This document shows positions 48,301 to 63,200 of a stretch of DNA of 64,000 bases, piece by piece. Each line of letters starts with the position of its first letter. Position 1 is the stretch's first letter. Origin of the DNA: Antedon mediterranea (taxonomy: Eukaryota; Animalia; Echinodermata); NCBI RefSeq assembly GCF_964355755.1, contig NC_092672.1:20721237-20785236 (forward strand), read 5' to 3'. The notes below the pieces were generated by a model, which ran no database searches, was not told the origin of the DNA, and saw nothing but the letters and a program-made list of their open reading frames with translations. A program made the translations under genes and the position numbers.

Positions 48301-49726
48301 TTACTCTTTTCCAATATTTACTGAAGAGTTTTGTAATTCATTTAAAGAAGAAATAGAACATTTTGAAAACACAGATTTACCAAAAGGAAGACCAAATACA
48401 ATGAACAATTATGGTGTAAGTGTGGCTACCGTAAATGCCCTGCTTTGCATAAACTAATCAAAAACCCCACCTCAAATATTAACTCCCCTACCCCATAGAA
48501 CATCATTTGGTATAAATGCCCCTCATAAACATGACATGACTTCCATGATCTACAATTGACCAAGCATTGTGATTTTTACTGTATTTTATGACTTCTTGAT
48601 ATCGATTTTGTTTTTAAAGAATTTATTTGATTTCTTTGTTATGTAGAAGGATTGAAAATAAATAAAAATAAAATAAAAGCCACTACTATTAGTAAAGCAT
48701 AGACCTGCTTAAAATTCTCAACATGTATTTTGTTGTAGGTATTAATGAATGAATTGGGATTTGATGACTACTTCATCACACCTTTACGTCAGAATTACAT
48801 AACTCCACTCGCTAGGCTCTTGTATCCAGACTGTGGTGGAGACTTGTTAGACTCTCACAAAGCTTTTGTTGTAAAGTACAAGATTGGAGAAGATTTGGAT
48901 CTTAACTATCATTATGATAATGCAGAGGTCACTCTTAATATATCACTTACAAGTGATTTCACTGAGGGCTCATTGTATTTTGGAGGCATGCGTCATGTAA
49001 GTAAAAACAATGCCTGAATATATCCGGTTATAAAAAACAAAGCAACGGTTTGTATAATTTTGGCACTGAATACCATAATTAAATGGTTTACATTCTATTT
49101 TAAGTAATACTTTATGACAAATATGATTTTGTTATTATGACCCTAATACAATATTTTAAAGTAAAAATGTATCTATATTGGTGACAATCATATTGTATAT
49201 ATTCTCCCAACCACCCTCAGATGCTTGTTTTCAGTACCTGAACTTTTCTGTTCATGCACATGATAAAGAATCAAGACAAGGTGTTCTTAATGTTCTTTCC
49301 TGGTGACAGTCTGAAGCCAATCTAACATTAGTCATATAAAATATTGCACACTAGGCTTCCATTTTGGCTTTTGTATACCTCTGTTGAATCTACAAGTGAC
49401 ATGGTTGTCTTTTATATAGCAACATAGCAGGTTTGTTAATTTTGTGTTGTTTTTAACAGCAACAAGGAATAGAAGAACCACAGCGTACTGAATATTGCCA
49501 CAAGCCAACGTATGGTTTAATTCATCGAGGACAACACATGCACGGTGCTCTTCCAATATCAGATGGTGAACGATACAATCTAATTATTTGGATGCGATCT
49601 TCCAAAATAAGGAATAAATTGTGTCCAATGTGTGATAATAAACCTCAACTTATTAAGACTGTTGGATTCGGAGATGGATTCACTCAACCAGAAAATACAA
49701 CTGTCGATGTTTGTTGTACTTTATAA
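45354..49726 (+). CDS. OGFOD2: 2-oxoglutarate/Fe(II)-dependent oxygenase domain-containing protein 2 (7 exons; in-frame TGA in exon 1)
   Basis: Exons 45354/45366-45491, 46716-46772, 47452-47562, 47826-47925, 48291-48415, 48739-48996 and 49460-49726. Motifs LPKGRPNTMNNYG, LDSHKAFVVKY, HYDNAEVTLN, HRGQHMHGALPI, ERYNLIIWMRSS, CPMC and GFGDGFT. Confidence 0.9.
45588..46412. repeat. Foldback/MITE-like element made of self-complementary 21-bp units
   Basis: Units like GGATTACTAATTCGTTTAAAC occur in both orientations, bounded by GTATATGTTG...CAACATATAC. A short copy (about 45588-45718) is followed by a long copy. Confidence 0.8.
46863..47215. repeat. 21-bp minisatellite
   Basis: Unit TGTGTAGCAGAATATGGTACA. 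Confidence 0.93.
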
Positions 49727-50481
49727 TGCATAGGTCAACAATTTTACAACTCAAATAATATATTTAAAAGATTCTTCCAATGGACATGTGTCTTTATGAC
49801 CTCTCTGCGACCTAACTATGTGATATGTGACATGTAAAGATGTCAAGAATGTTTGAGCCCCATGTTAAGGCATAAAGATGTAGCAGAGACATGGGTTTGA
49901 AACGTTTTTTGTTTGAAAAAGTGTGTCGACTGTGAGGTTTAGGAGGAGATAGAGTTTATGGGAAAACATAGTCTCCATTAAAGAGAACTATTATAGTACT
50001 GTATATACTTTATTATATTATTATAAATATATATTATATAATACAAAGAATAATAAACTTTTATAAAGCGCTATTTACTGATGTTTTACAGCGCTAAAAG
50101 ACCAACAAGAATTATTGAAAAGGTGAGATTTTAGAAGTTACTTGATTTACTTAAGAGATTTACACTGACGGGTATGGAGTGGAAGCTGGTTCCAAACTAG
50201 TGACACTTGTGCAAAAAACTCCTTGAAAATAAGCTTAATTATTGTTTAATAATTGTAAAAAGTAATTAATATATTGTTGATGGAAAATGTTTTAATAAAC
50301 AAACGAAAATAAAGAACTGATTGTAAAATAGTTGGAAAAATGTTTTAATAAAACGAAAGAAGAACTAATTGTAACATATTGTTGGAAATGTTTAATAAAC
50401 AACAATAAAAGAAACTGCTTTAGTTGTTGGAAAATGATAGAAAGAACATAAACGGCCATCTCTTACAGAGGCCTATTTAGT

Positions 50482-53400
50482 TCATTGTTGGCAAACTGCT
50501 TTCAGTGGTTTATTCAATTCATCGTAATCTGGATTCAATTTGTCTTCTACACGTTTCATCCAGTCAGCAATTTCCGGCTGGTTCTTCAGTAAACCTTTAC
50601 CAGATGGACAGGCCAACGGTTGAACAAGCTGAAAGAATTTAAAAAATACTACTATTATAATGAAATATTTTAATTGGAACGAATGAAATTTATTCTTACT
50701 AATGCATGCACTAATCATGTAACATAAACTCCAAATATTTAGAATTTCGTTTTTTTTATCAATATATGTTTCGGGTTGATGAATAAACAACGATATGCAT
50801 CTTATAAAATCAAACAATGCTCCTCAGAAGGTTGTCCGTTAATCGTTGATGAATAAAGAGCGATAGGATGATTTGGACAATGGGAATGTACGGTATCGTA
50901 TAAAATTAACTATAGCTCCGTTGGAAGGTTGTCCGTTGATGGTTAATGAATATAAAGAGCGATAGGATGATTTGGACAATGGGAATGTATCGTATAAAAT
51001 TAACTATAGCTCCGTCGGAAGGTTGTCCGTTGATGAATAAAGAGCGATAGGATGATTTGGACAATGGGAATGTCTCGTATAAAATCAACTATAGCTCCGT
51101 CGGAAGGTTGTCCGTTGATGGTTAATGAATAAAGAGCAATAGGATGATTTGGACAATGGGAATATATCGTATAAAATCAACTATCTCCGTCGGAAGGTTG
51201 TCCGTTGATGGTTAATGAATAGCCTAATGAATGATACTTGATTCAGATAGTGGAATGTATGGTACGTTATGTACAACTATGGAGGAAAATGATCGAAATT
51301 TCGAATTACTTATTTTTGTATTGAGGTAACATGCACATTATCTGATTCTGCGCATGCCAAACCAAAATATTAACCACAACCTAAACTTCTTTTAAATCTA
51401 GTGATTACCTCACAAATAGCAAACAAGTCAGCAACAGATATCTCGTCTCCACACAAGAACCTCTTTCCTTTGAGAAATAACCTATTTATCTTGCCGATGG
51501 ACTCTTCAGCTTCTTTGACAAACTTGTCGACTGCCTCCTGATCTTTTGGTTTTCCGGTACGTTTTGGAACAAATATCTGTATACAAATAAACAGTGGTCT
51601 TATTTTGACTGGTTGTGTAGGTTTTAAGTTGCTCCCGTATATCTCATTAATCTAGCCGTCGTTTTTTTAACTGTCGTTTTTTATAGTTGCATGAGTTAAG
51701 TATGTTTTAAACTTTACTTTTAAATTATGATATCGGATATCTAACTTTTCTAGAGACTTCTTCTTCTAAAAACTCAGATATCTTCTTTAGATCTACAAAA
51801 GTCGGATATCTTTTTTGATAGATCTGAAAAACTCGGATATCTGGCTTTTCTGACTTAGGTTTCGCCTTATTCCAGCCCATTCTCCCTTTAATTACATCTT
51901 CCCGAATTTAGCCATATGACCGTAATGTTAGTTTTGCGCCTTCATACCACACATTCTTAGCAGCATAACATTGAAATGAAACATTACATTGTTATTTACC
52001 TCATTCACCATCACGTTAATTCCCGCTTCCCTAATACCTGTATGCTGCCAGGCTAAGTAGGCATCAATCTGAGCCCGAGTCTCAATATTTTTAGGATACC
52101 AATGATCTGCTACGTTGTATTTTGCCGCCAGATATCTCACTATTGCAGTACTACAAAGAAACAAACCAGAATTCAAAAGGGCCTTATTATTTATAGACTG
52201 TCGTTACCAAGTTTAAAATGTTTAGGCCTATATAGATGTGGGAAAGTGTTTGTTAGTGACCAATATGTTGTCAACTTGTAATTTCTGTGTTGTATCACCT
52301 GCAATTAGGGGATATTGGAGAAAATGATTAATGAAATTGAAAAAAAAAACTTCTTCACACTTGCATTCTTTACAATGTAGCCTACATGGTTGGACAAGGG
52401 TAGTAAGGCATAGGCCTACCTTTCTCCAAGTGTGAAATCACCATCTTTAATTGCTGGTACTGACTGAGCTGGCTGGATTGCAGTGTATTCTGGCATTCTA
52501 TGCTCACCTGTCAAACAACATTATACCTTATTATTTTCGACAGTATATACAAAATGTCTAATACAATTTTTGAAAATAATTAAACCACTTTAAGACAGTG
52601 GACTACATTCAGTCAATAAAGGCTCATTATACTAGGACGATAAGAAAGGTAAATATACATTTTCCTATTTTTCTATTTTCGTTCAATTAAATGACGTCAT
52701 GATTTGTAATAGCAATACTATCGTGACGATACCACAATTTTATTGTTCTTATTGATCATGACGTCATTTTCATTTGATTTTAAAAAAAAATCTTATTTTA
52801 GGCCAAAGACAGCAGCATAAGTGTTATAGTTTCGAAAATTTTCTAATTTTGTTTTTTAAATAAATATCTTTGTTTTATATATTATCGTCGTTCGTAGTAT
52901 AACCGGACCTTATATTATCGTCGTTCGTTATCTTTCGTAGTATAACCAGTGGTGGCGCCAGCGGGGGGCTACGGGGGCTCTAGCCCCCTCGTCGGGGAGC
53001 CTAGCCCCCCGACGGGTACTTTTTGTCGGGGAATATAATATACAGTAAAAAACGTTCGCGTTCACTTCATACAGTTTCAGCGCCTAGAAAACCACGACGT
53101 TCCATTGACCGTGAGAGTACGTCAGAGGGCTATTATGCACTTTTATGCATTCATTATTGCCAGCGATCTAACTTACTACTAAACATTAGCTAGGTACGCA
53201 CTTGTCTGGCGGTATCCCTTTGTACGAATCGTTCAACGTTGGGTCGAGACGCGTGATATCAAGTTCCATCCAGGGACCAAAATGTGTAATGTAGTTATTT
53301 TCCAGGCGAAGTTTACCGACGGTTACCGAAGGGAACACGGGTACTTTTTGTCGGGGAATATAATATACAGTAAAAAGCGTTCGCGTTCACTTCGTAGCTA

Positions 53401-55462
53401 GCTTCAGCGCCTAGAAAACCGCGACGTTTCATTGACCGTGAGAGTACGTCAGAGTGATATTATGCACTTTATATGCATTCATTATTGCCAGCGATCAACT
53501 TACTACTAAACAATAGTTAGGTACGCACTTGTCTGGCGGTATCTCTTTGTACGAATCGTTCAACGTTGGGTCGAGACGCGTGATATCATGTTCCATCAGG
53601 GGACCAAAATGTGTACTGTATGTAGTTATTTTCCAGGCGAAGTTTACCGACGGTTACGTCGTGTACTGTGTCGACGTACGCTACACTACAGCAAAAACGA
53701 ATTAAGTTAATTGTTCGTATGTTCACCAATTTTTTAATTTATAAGTAACCTTCTGTACCGTGGGGCACCTAAAATAAATTTTTCATCAATTACTAAACAA
53801 AAAAAACGTGCCATTTTCGCTTAGCCAACATCTTATTATTGCTAAGTTATTACATTTTTTTAAGCCTCTATGCCTGATGTTTCCAAAGTATAAAATGCAA
53901 TTTTTTGAAGACCTGCAGCTAGCTCTAGTTTTAAACATTTTCTTAGCTCAGCCCCAACAATAAAGCTGGTCATATTTCAAAGTACAAGAAGTGCATTTTC
54001 CGGGACCTAACATCTCTATTTTTCAAACATTTCTTAGCTCAGTCACAACCATGATAGGGACTTATATATTTTGTTTCATGTTTTGAAGTATAATAAGTCC
54101 AATTTCCGGGACCTCCACCTCTATTTTTCTAAATTTTCTTTGAACATTTATTTTTTAAATTGAAAAATATGGATTGAAACAGTCATCGCGCATCGTTTTT
54201 TTGCACGCAGTATTTTATTTATGCATTATAAAAAATGGAAAAAATGGCTACCCTAAATCTGATTAAAATGACCTCAAATGACGCTAGAACGCGTTGCTTC
54301 CGGGGCCCTTGGCGGCCCCCTGGCCCCCAGCCTAGTGATGCTCGCTTCGCTCGCATAGCCCCCTCGTCTGGGAATGTAGACCCCGCGTCGGGAAGATCCT
54401 GGCGCCACCCCTGAGTATAACCGGGCCTTATATTATCGTCGTTCGTTATCTTTCGTAGTATAACCGGACCTTCACGAAGAATTATATTTTGGACAACCTA
54501 CTGTACTGTAGTAAATGTATGAATAATTATACAATGAAATGAATGTTTAAAATTACAATATTCTGTTTGTTGATTCTTTCCGCAATTTTGATTATCCTTG
54601 AGATAACAAATATTTAGTGGCTCTGAAATGTTGACTATTATTGAAAACCACAGCAAAGGGATCTGTAACATCGGTAATTAGACCTATAATATTTGTAGAT
54701 CTCATTATCAAACCAGGCATACTATAGTGTTTTCATTGTAAACCTTGTTCCTATGAATAAATGAAAATCACTGACAAAAGCATGATTAAGCAAATTTGTC
54801 TGGGTATTTTTAGAAACTCCATATAAATATTTCATGTCACGTGAACATGTTTATTCACATAATAGAGGTGAGGAGGTCTTGGTCTTGGACGCAAAGTGAA
54901 GGGGTTGTTATTTTTTCCCCTCTCCGTCATCACTCTGATTCAGGATTTTTAAGGTGGTCAACTCATTTTTTATTCCCTTTTTTTGAGCTGAGAAATGCTA
55001 CGATAACTTGGAATGTGATCTATTAGAGTGCTGTTTCTAAAAAATATGTTTCGCTTGCCAAGGTAGCATACATGGGATGGGCGGAGGGGGGGGAGGGTAG
55101 TTGTGCTAGGGGATAGTTGTGCTAGGGGGTAATTGTCCGGGTGGTAGTTGTCCTTAGGGGGTAGTTGTCCTATAGGGTAGTTGTCCTATGGGTAATTGTC
55201 CGGTTGGTAGTTGTCCAGCTATGGGGGTAATTGTCCGGGTGGTAATTGTCCGGGTGGTAGTTGTTCGGGTGGTAATTGTCTAGGGGTAGTTGTCCGGATA
55301 CCTTTAAAACAACAGCATATTTTAATAGTGACTAAAATAAAAAAGCATACCTTTTGCCAAGTCGATGACTTTCTCATGGTAGGGTATCTTGTTATATTTG
55401 CAAAACAATACTACGGCACGACTAGGTTGAGATAATGGATTATAGTACACTGTTAAAGCCAT
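50482..55462 (-). CDS. GSTT: Glutathione S-transferase, theta class (5 exons, intact)
   Basis: Exons 55462-55351 (MALTVYYNPLSQPSRAV..IDLAK), 52507-52420 (GEH..VPAIKDGDFTLGES), 52150-52000 (AIVRYLA..DHWYP..YLAWQHT), 51576-51409 (FLCGDEISVADLFAICE) and 50628-50482. The catalytic SQP serine is present. Confidence 0.93.
50825..51220. repeat. About 85-90-bp tandem repeat, about 4.5 copies, in GSTT intron
   Basis: Recurrent GAAGGTTGTCCGTT...AAAGAGCGATAGGATGATTTGGACAATGGGAAT. Confidence 0.9.
52947..54413. mobile_element. Non-autonomous hAT element with internal 325-bp duplication
   Basis: TIR CAGtGGTGGCGCCAG...CTGGCGCCACCcCTG and 8-bp TSD AGTATAAC. The segment about 53012-53337 is repeated at about 53338-53657. 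Confidence 0.88.
55095..55302. repeat. GGTAGTTGTCC repeat, MULE-type terminal fragment
   Basis: 15-17-bp repeats ending GTTGTCCGGATACC. Confidence 0.6.
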
Positions 55463-56734
55463 CTTTAGCTTTAGTAGAACAATTTAATTGTACAGTATTA
55501 TCAGAGAGTTGCAACTCTGGTATTATCAAGTGACTGGAGCGGCTGCAATGCTAATGTCAACAAAGTTCGTGCAAAGAGTCAATTGAATATCCTTCATGAG
55601 CGTGATCTGATTATTCAACCATATCAACTTCTTTTGTACATTTGACCTTGTCATCTCCTTCCGTTTTTCACAAATAAGAGAGCCTAAATAATGCTATAGA
55701 AGTTTGTTTGAATTAACAGTTACGGTTGTGTAATTGTAAAAAAAAATTGTCGTCATAATTATTTATATATTTTTTATACATTATTACCGTATCGTTATAG
55801 TGGAGGTCATGCATTGTTAAATGTGGGCTCTAATTAGGCTCTGTTTTCGCTGCGAAAAAACAACAACAAAAAACAAACACTAACGGTTAAAAACGTGTGA
55901 TTGTAAATAATTACCATCACATTTCTTTCCTGGCGACGTTGAGAGATTTAAAAGACTTGCACTCCCATCGGACTATAAACATGCCCCATAATAACAATCA
56001 TCCATTAAGGTAACAGTTTTAACCACTAACGTAACCAACTTCATTAACCACGTAACAAACTTAACCATTAACTTAACAAAGGGTAACTACTAACGTAACA
56101 ACAGTAGACAATTCGTGTAAGTTAAAAATCTTCAGTTTCCGTCCGTGTGTGTTTGTCTATTCTCTATCAAAAAGTGTCCAGCCATTGAAGTTTAAAGTCA
56201 CTGGACAGACAGACATTATACAAATGGAAATGGAACGGCTTCATCACAATAAGGTTTCCATACGAAAATAATGGGTTTCTTACGGATATAACATTTATTG
56301 CCCGCCGGACTAAGACAGATAATTCATAATAGGCTGGAGTTTTATGATTGAAATTTAATTTTCAGCTGTAAATCAACACACCATACGTCTAAGATCAACA
56401 CATTGAAGGATCCGATACACCAACGTTGTCAGTATGATATAAACAATGCCATATACATGGCTGCAGTCGCGTGCTCAAGTTAGTGTTTACCGACCAACCG
56501 ACAGACATAGTGAGCTGTAGAGTGGCTTTGCACGCGACTAAAAAAAAAGAAATTTAGTTAAAATTAACACTATTATTTATCCTCTGGTAGGATGATATTT
56601 GTTTCCCAAAAGATAGAATTGATGTAATGTGTATGGCCTTGCTGATGTTTTGCAATTGATGGTTAACATTGTTTGTGTTTTTTTTTTTAGTTTAGTAATT
56701 TCTTTTGGAACTCAGACTGAAATCTATGCTGTTT

Positions 56735-57480
56735 GTCCTTGTTACCAGTGTTAGTGGATTCTTGCTGGTTGTTTGGACCGATGGATCTTTTCTGGTTTCA
56801 GCTTTACTATGGAATAGAGCAGAGCATGGTCTGTGTCACAGTTTGCGCTGTGGAAACAGCGAGTAAGGAATCCGTTGCTGAGGAAAGGTGTTCTCGTTAG
56901 GATATGGTCCAGTTGATGCCAGTCCTTGGATCTTGGATAGCACCATGAGACTCTCCTCTTGAAAGATATTCCATAAAAGGTGTTAGTGACGGTGAAGTGC
57001 AGTGAATTCAAGGAGTCTACGTCCATTACTGTTTAATTTCCAAACACAAACATCCTTTGTGAGGGGACCAAGACAGAAAATCTGCCCCAACACGTGCATT
57101 GAAATCTCCAAAGATAAGTAGTTGTTCACTTTTCGGGATCTTCAAGACAGCTTGATCTTATTGAGTATAGAACCCATCAATTACTTCCGTTGGAGCTTGC
57201 ATAGTCGGAGCATAGATATTAATTAGGCTAACGACTCCAATATTGGTGTGAAGCTTCACTGAGATCGTCCGTTCATTTCCATCAGTAGGTAGTTATATAA
57301 ATGGCAGGATAGATCTACTCGAAAAGGGTATAGTTCTTTTCTGCAAATGAACCTAAGCCATGAATTCTTGTTTCCTGGAGTGCTGCTATGTCGATATTTA
57401 ATCGCTGTAATTCTTGATCGATGATTTTCTCAGTTCAGCATTCGGTGTTAGTAAACTCGGGATCCATATTAACCAGAGGG
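56735..57480 (-). mobile_element. Degenerate RTE-clade LINE fragment (AP-endonuclease)
   Basis: Peptides INIYAPT, GDFNARVG, VSWCYPRSKDWHQLDHILTR and SANCDTDHALL, interrupted by stops and frameshifts. Confidence 0.8.
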
Positions 57481-58439
57481 TATATGTCTAATCGAAAGCT
57501 CCTAGGTATACAAGAAAAATCATGCATATATCTTCATGAAACGAATTAATGGTAATGTTTAAATTTGAACAATCAATAGTTATTATATTGTAAACGATTT
57601 CTACCTATACCATAGGTAAATTAAATTAAGTGTCATGGTTCGTACATTCCATGACGCTAGACAAAGTTTAATGTAATATGTGTCTTTGTATGGGTGTCAC
57701 GAAAGCTCATACCACGAAAGCTCAGACCCCCTAAGACCTAAGATCACGAAAGCTAAGACCCAACACCTAAGATTACAAATATTTATCTTTCGCACCTGCC
57801 TTGTATTTTAACTCCTAACATTTATTCTGAATACCACACCTTAGAATTGGCACTTTCATGAAAAAGAATCACATAAAAAGTAACAAATACATTTTTAAAT
57901 TGATGATTTTACAGACGTTTTTCTCGCACACAAAATGACTAGCCTACAGTACAGTAGGCCTACCCCATGGGCCATGTTGAGCTATATTCGGACCGTCAAA
58001 ATGAAGACATGAACATGCATGCTCATGGACATTGATTATTAACAACTTAGGGAGTTTTAAAGGAAGATGTGATTGGATATTGAAGGAGAGCGTCATTTCG
58101 ACAATCGAGCATTCTCTACTCTCTATCAAGTAGTGGAAACATGTTTTTTTTCCCTTCGTAATTGATAGTGTTTTATAGTAAAGTTTAAAGGGATCAGTGC
58201 TTATCAATTCAGTTACAGTATTATTTGTTTACATTTTCTGCAAAGTAGATGTGTTAATCCAATTCACTTCCATGATTTCCTCTAAAAGTTTTCTTTTGTA
58301 TGAAGTGTAGAAACATTTCTTGAATTTGCGTTTTATTAATGTGTATCATTTTCATTTAGTTTTGTAGAACTTTTGTGAACCACTTTGGAAATCAATATAT
58401 TTGTATTAATAAAGATTAAGTAAAATTAAGTAACCATAG

Positions 58440-59635
58440 CAAAATTAAAGTACTGTGTTCCTGTGGTATCATTTTGGGTATATGGAACACAATGCATTAT
58501 ATATGATGAATAAACCACTGTAATATGAGGCCGTTTTCCTATGTTAAAGTATTGTGTTCCTGGGGTATCATTTTGGGTATATGGAACACAATGCATTATA
58601 TATAATGAATAATCCACTGTAATAAGCAATGGGGCCGTTTTCCTATGTTAAAGCATTGTGTTCCTGGGGTTTCATTTTGGGTACATGGAACACAATGCAT
58701 TATATATAATTAATAAACCACTGTAATAAGCAATGAGGCCGTTTTCCTATGAGTATTGTGTTCCTGGGGTATCATTTTGGGTATATGGAACACAATGCAT
58801 TATATATAATGAATAAACCACTGTAATAAGCAATGAGGCCGTTTTCCTATGTTAAAGCATTGTGTTCCTGGGGTATCATTTTGAGTATATGGAACACAAT
58901 GCATTATAGCCTAATGAATAAACCACTGTAATATGAGGCCGTTTTCCTATGTTAAAGCATTGTGTTCCTGGGGTATCATTTTGGGTATATGGAACACAAT
59001 GCATTATATATGATGAATAAACCACTGTAATATGAGGCCGTTTTCCTATGTTAAAGCATTGTGTTCCTGGAGTATCATTTTGGGTATATGGAACACAATG
59101 CATTATATATGATGAATAAACCACTGTAATATGAGGCCGTTTTCCTATGTTAAAGCATTGTGTTCCTGGAGTATCGGGGTATGGAACACAATGCATTATA
59201 TATAATGAATAAACTACTGTAATATGAGGCCGTTTTCCTATGTTAAAGCATTGTGTTCCTGGGGTATCATTTTGGGTATATGGAGCACAATGCATTATAT
59301 ATGATGAATAAACCACTGTAATAAGCAATGAGGCCGTTTTCCTCGTTAAAGTATTGTGTTCCTGGGGTATCATTTTGGGTATATGGAACACAATGCATTA
59401 TATATAATGAATAAACCACTTCAATAAGCAATGAGGCCGTTTTCCTATGTTAAAGCATTGTGTTCCTGGGGTATCATTTTGAGTATATGGAACACAATGC
59501 ATTATATACAGTATAATGAATAAACCACTTCAATAAGCAATGAGGCCGTTTTCCTATGTTAAAGCATTGTGTTCCTGGGGTATCATTTTGGGTATATGGA
59601 ACACAATGCATTATAGATAATGAATTAACAACTGT
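58440..59635. repeat. About 99-104-bp minisatellite, about 12 copies, with internal hairpin
   Basis: Unit contains GCATTGTGTTCC...GGAACACAATGC as an inverted repeat. Confidence 0.93.
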
Positions 59636-60239
59636 GGCCATTTTAGAATCAGAAAATTGCCAGAGCAGAAATCAATGTATGTTTTATTTTTTGTTTTTAT
59701 TTTTAAACTGCAAAGAGTGGTTTTTATAACGAACCAGCTGTACATATCAAAACGGCGACGATATGAGTCCGTCGTACATAGTCATAAGGACCTTTTAATA
59801 TGAATAATAATACTAATAATGAAATATTAATTTAACCTCTATTTCGCCAGCTGAAAACATTCTTGCCTTTCAAAATAAGCCTATATATATTGTGTAATCG
59901 TATTTTATAACACTGCCTTCTATAGTTTCTACATTTTTTTGGGGAAAATGAAGCATACATTCTGGCAATTAAGTGATAAATATAATAAGATGGCGAACAT
60001 TTCGCAGTGTGTTGACAGCGAGTTCAGTATGGTTTAAAATGTTTGAAAAGTATTGTTATTTAAAAAAAATTACTTCGTAAGTGGTCGAATCGTATAAACA
60101 TGTTGCATAATATTATGTTGTGAGTTTGAAAAAGGAAAGTTTTGGTGAGAAATCAAAGATATAACGGTGTTGTGCGAAACTGCAGTAGCGCCCTATATAC
60201 TACTATAGCCTGGCCCTAGAGTAGCCTCTAGGCCTAGCT

Positions 60240-63200
60240 AGGCTAGGTAGGTAGGCCTGGGTAGGGTATTATTGGGTGCAGGTCAAGTCGGCCCCAACCG
60301 TCTCGGCCAAAGTCAAGTTGGCCCACGTCAAGTCGGCCCCAAGTCAACTCGGCCTCAAGTCAACTCGGCCTCACGTCAACTCGGCCAAAAACTAATCGGT
60401 CAACTCGGCCACAATAAAATATGGAATGCAAAAAGTACTTAATGTTATTATGATTATTACTAGGCTTAGGCCTATCCACTCTAAAAAATGAAGAAATAAA
60501 AAATATAATATAATTAAATAATATCATATAAAAAAATGAACTCATTGCCGATATGAATAGAAGTACCCGCGTGTTACGGACGGAGGCCTACGTTTCATCA
60601 CATTTGGCCATAGAAAAAATGATCGTACATCGTTTTTGTCCATGCTTTGCGTTTTTAAAAAAGGGGAATGTTTTCAATTGTGCAATTTGAAATTTTATTA
60701 AACGTAAATAAAGGAAAGTTGGTGAAATCATTCCTATTTTTTTTGCTAAATATATTCTTGTCTAAATATTAATATTCATTAAAAGTCAGAATTATTCATA
60801 GTTAAAAAATTTTGAAGAAATATTATTTTATCAATCCCCTTCATTTGCACTTTTTGCGTTCCATACTTTAATGGGGCCGAGTTGACCGATTATTTTTTGG
60901 CCGAGTTGACTTGAGGCCGAGTTGACTTGGGGCCGACTTGACTACGGGCCGACTTGACTTGGGGCCGACTTGACTTTGCCCGAGACGGTTTAGGGCCGAC
61001 TTGGATCAAAATCGTATTATTACTATATTAGACCTAACCTAAGTCTAGGCCGGTTATCACAGTAAATTGTTTTTATTTGCTGCCCGATCGTCTTGGGCCC
61101 AGAAAACGTGGTCTCTATCGTCTCATTTGCTGGGCCCGATCATATTAGCGCAGGGCCCAATGCGGTAGTTTTATGTTTGATATAATGGTAAAATCGATAA
61201 CGTTTTATTTTGGTTCCGATAAAATCGGGTGTTCGGTATGGAGCGTTGCTGATTGCTGGTTCTGGTCAATATTTGTTTGGTACTATAAGGGATGAATGTT
61301 TATTTAGGCCTAAGCTTTTTGAGCTATCCTGCAAAATCTTTTATAATTGTATTATTTGTAATGTCAGTAATTTATGTTATCACTTTCTTTTATATGTATT
61401 TTTTATGATGATTTTCTAATCAATTCAAATCAAATCAGACCGACTACACTTTTCTGCTAACCATTTAAATTCCTAGCTAGGCTAGGTCACAAGTGGTTAT
61501 ATGTTCATAAAAATTTGTTTGTAAAAATTTTGAATTTCGCTATTTTTTTCAGATTATTACTAAATCTAGGCCTAGATGCTTTCCACCCCAAGTTAAAAAG
61601 AAACCAGCATGTCGTTTTAAAAAGGTAAAGGAAAATGCTGTTGATATTCTCTCTGTCATGCATAGTAGGCCTACTTTTAGTAGACCTGAAGTGAACATTC
61701 TGACACTTGTCACAGTTATTCATTAGGGTATTAAAACATGGAATGAAATGGTTGCCCACACATTGGCTGGTTAATTTACTAATTCCATCTGTCTAGCCCT
61801 TCTTTAAGTCAGTAGATTGTTTAAAAATAATACGTACATATGTGCAACGTTTCAACTTGTTTTTAATAAGTCTTCATCTGGCAACTGACTAGATGTTAGT
61901 ACAGTAGTTGCTAGGAGTATAGAACCATCGCACATGTACGTATTCATGAATGGTTTTAACATAAAGAATTATATACAGAATAATTACTATTAGATCCTTC
62001 AAAATGAAACACATCCTCTTTTCAATACATATTAATTAATCCTCAAAGCTCCAAATGAATTCTTCAGAAAGACATGTACTGAGCGCTACAGAAAATAATT
62101 TATTCTGAAAGCTGTTAGACTTTACAAAAATTACTCTTTAGCAATAATTTGTATACATGTGTATTTTAAACATTTGTTTTAAATGTTTGTTTACATTTGT
62201 GAGTCTGCCTCAACCAAAAGAATCAGATTGTGGATAATTAAAGTTGATTGAATTGAATAATTAACTGTTTACTGTACTTTCAGGGGTTAATGGTGTGGAT
62301 ACATGATGAAAAAGAGGTTTGGGTTCGAGCATATGTCAATTCATGTTTTAGTAATGGCAAGATTACAGTCACTAAATCTAATGGCCAGGTAAGAGGTTTG
62401 GGTTCCAGCGTGTGTTAATTCATGTTTTAGTGATGGCAAGATTATAGTCACTAAATCTAATGGCCAGGTAAGAGGTTTGGGTTCGAGCATGTGTTAATTC
62501 ATGTTTTAGTGATGGCAAGATTACAGTCACTAAATCGAATGGCCAGGTAAGAGGTTTGGGTTCCAGCATGTGTTAATTCATGTTTTAGTGATGGCAAGAT
62601 TATAGTCACTAAATCTAATGGCCAGGTAAGAGGTTTGGGTTCCAGCATGTGTTGATTCATGTTTTAGTGATGGCAAGATTATAGTCACTAAATCTAATGG
62701 CCAGGTAAGAGGTTTGGGTTCCAGCGTGTGTTGATTCATGTTTTAGTGATGGCAAGATTATAGACACAAAATATAATTGTGAGGTACGGTAAGGAGGGGA
62801 GGGAAGCATACCATCTATGTCAACAACCCAACCTTGCTACTAAGTATTCTATATAATGTATTTTAAATATTGCTTGTAACTTCATTGTCTAGGAGGTTGT
62901 GATACGTGGTCATGCTGGCTATCCAGTGCTGTGTACTCAAACAGATTGGATCAATACAGATGATCTTGTTTTGATTAATCCTCTCTCAGAACCTGCTGGT
63001 AAGTGAATTAATAGTAGACACATGTTTCAATGGTTGTTAGTACTATACAGGTCTTCCTCCTATTAAAGACTCCTTTAATTAAAAGCTCAATCTAATTTAA
63101 AGCCAGATGATCACCTATTTTTACCATTAGCTGTTGCCTCCCTCTAACTAATTAGAGATCAAAGACCACAATTTGGATGAATCCAACATTTTCCTTCAAA

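Noticed and set aside
55500-55600. Antioxidant response elements upstream of GSTT
   Set aside because: The TGAC...GC candidates do not have the canonical TGACnnnGC spacing.
58426-59391. 33-aa repeat protein ORFs
   Set aside because: Unit length varies (99 or 104 bp) and breaks the frame, so this is a non-coding minisatellite.
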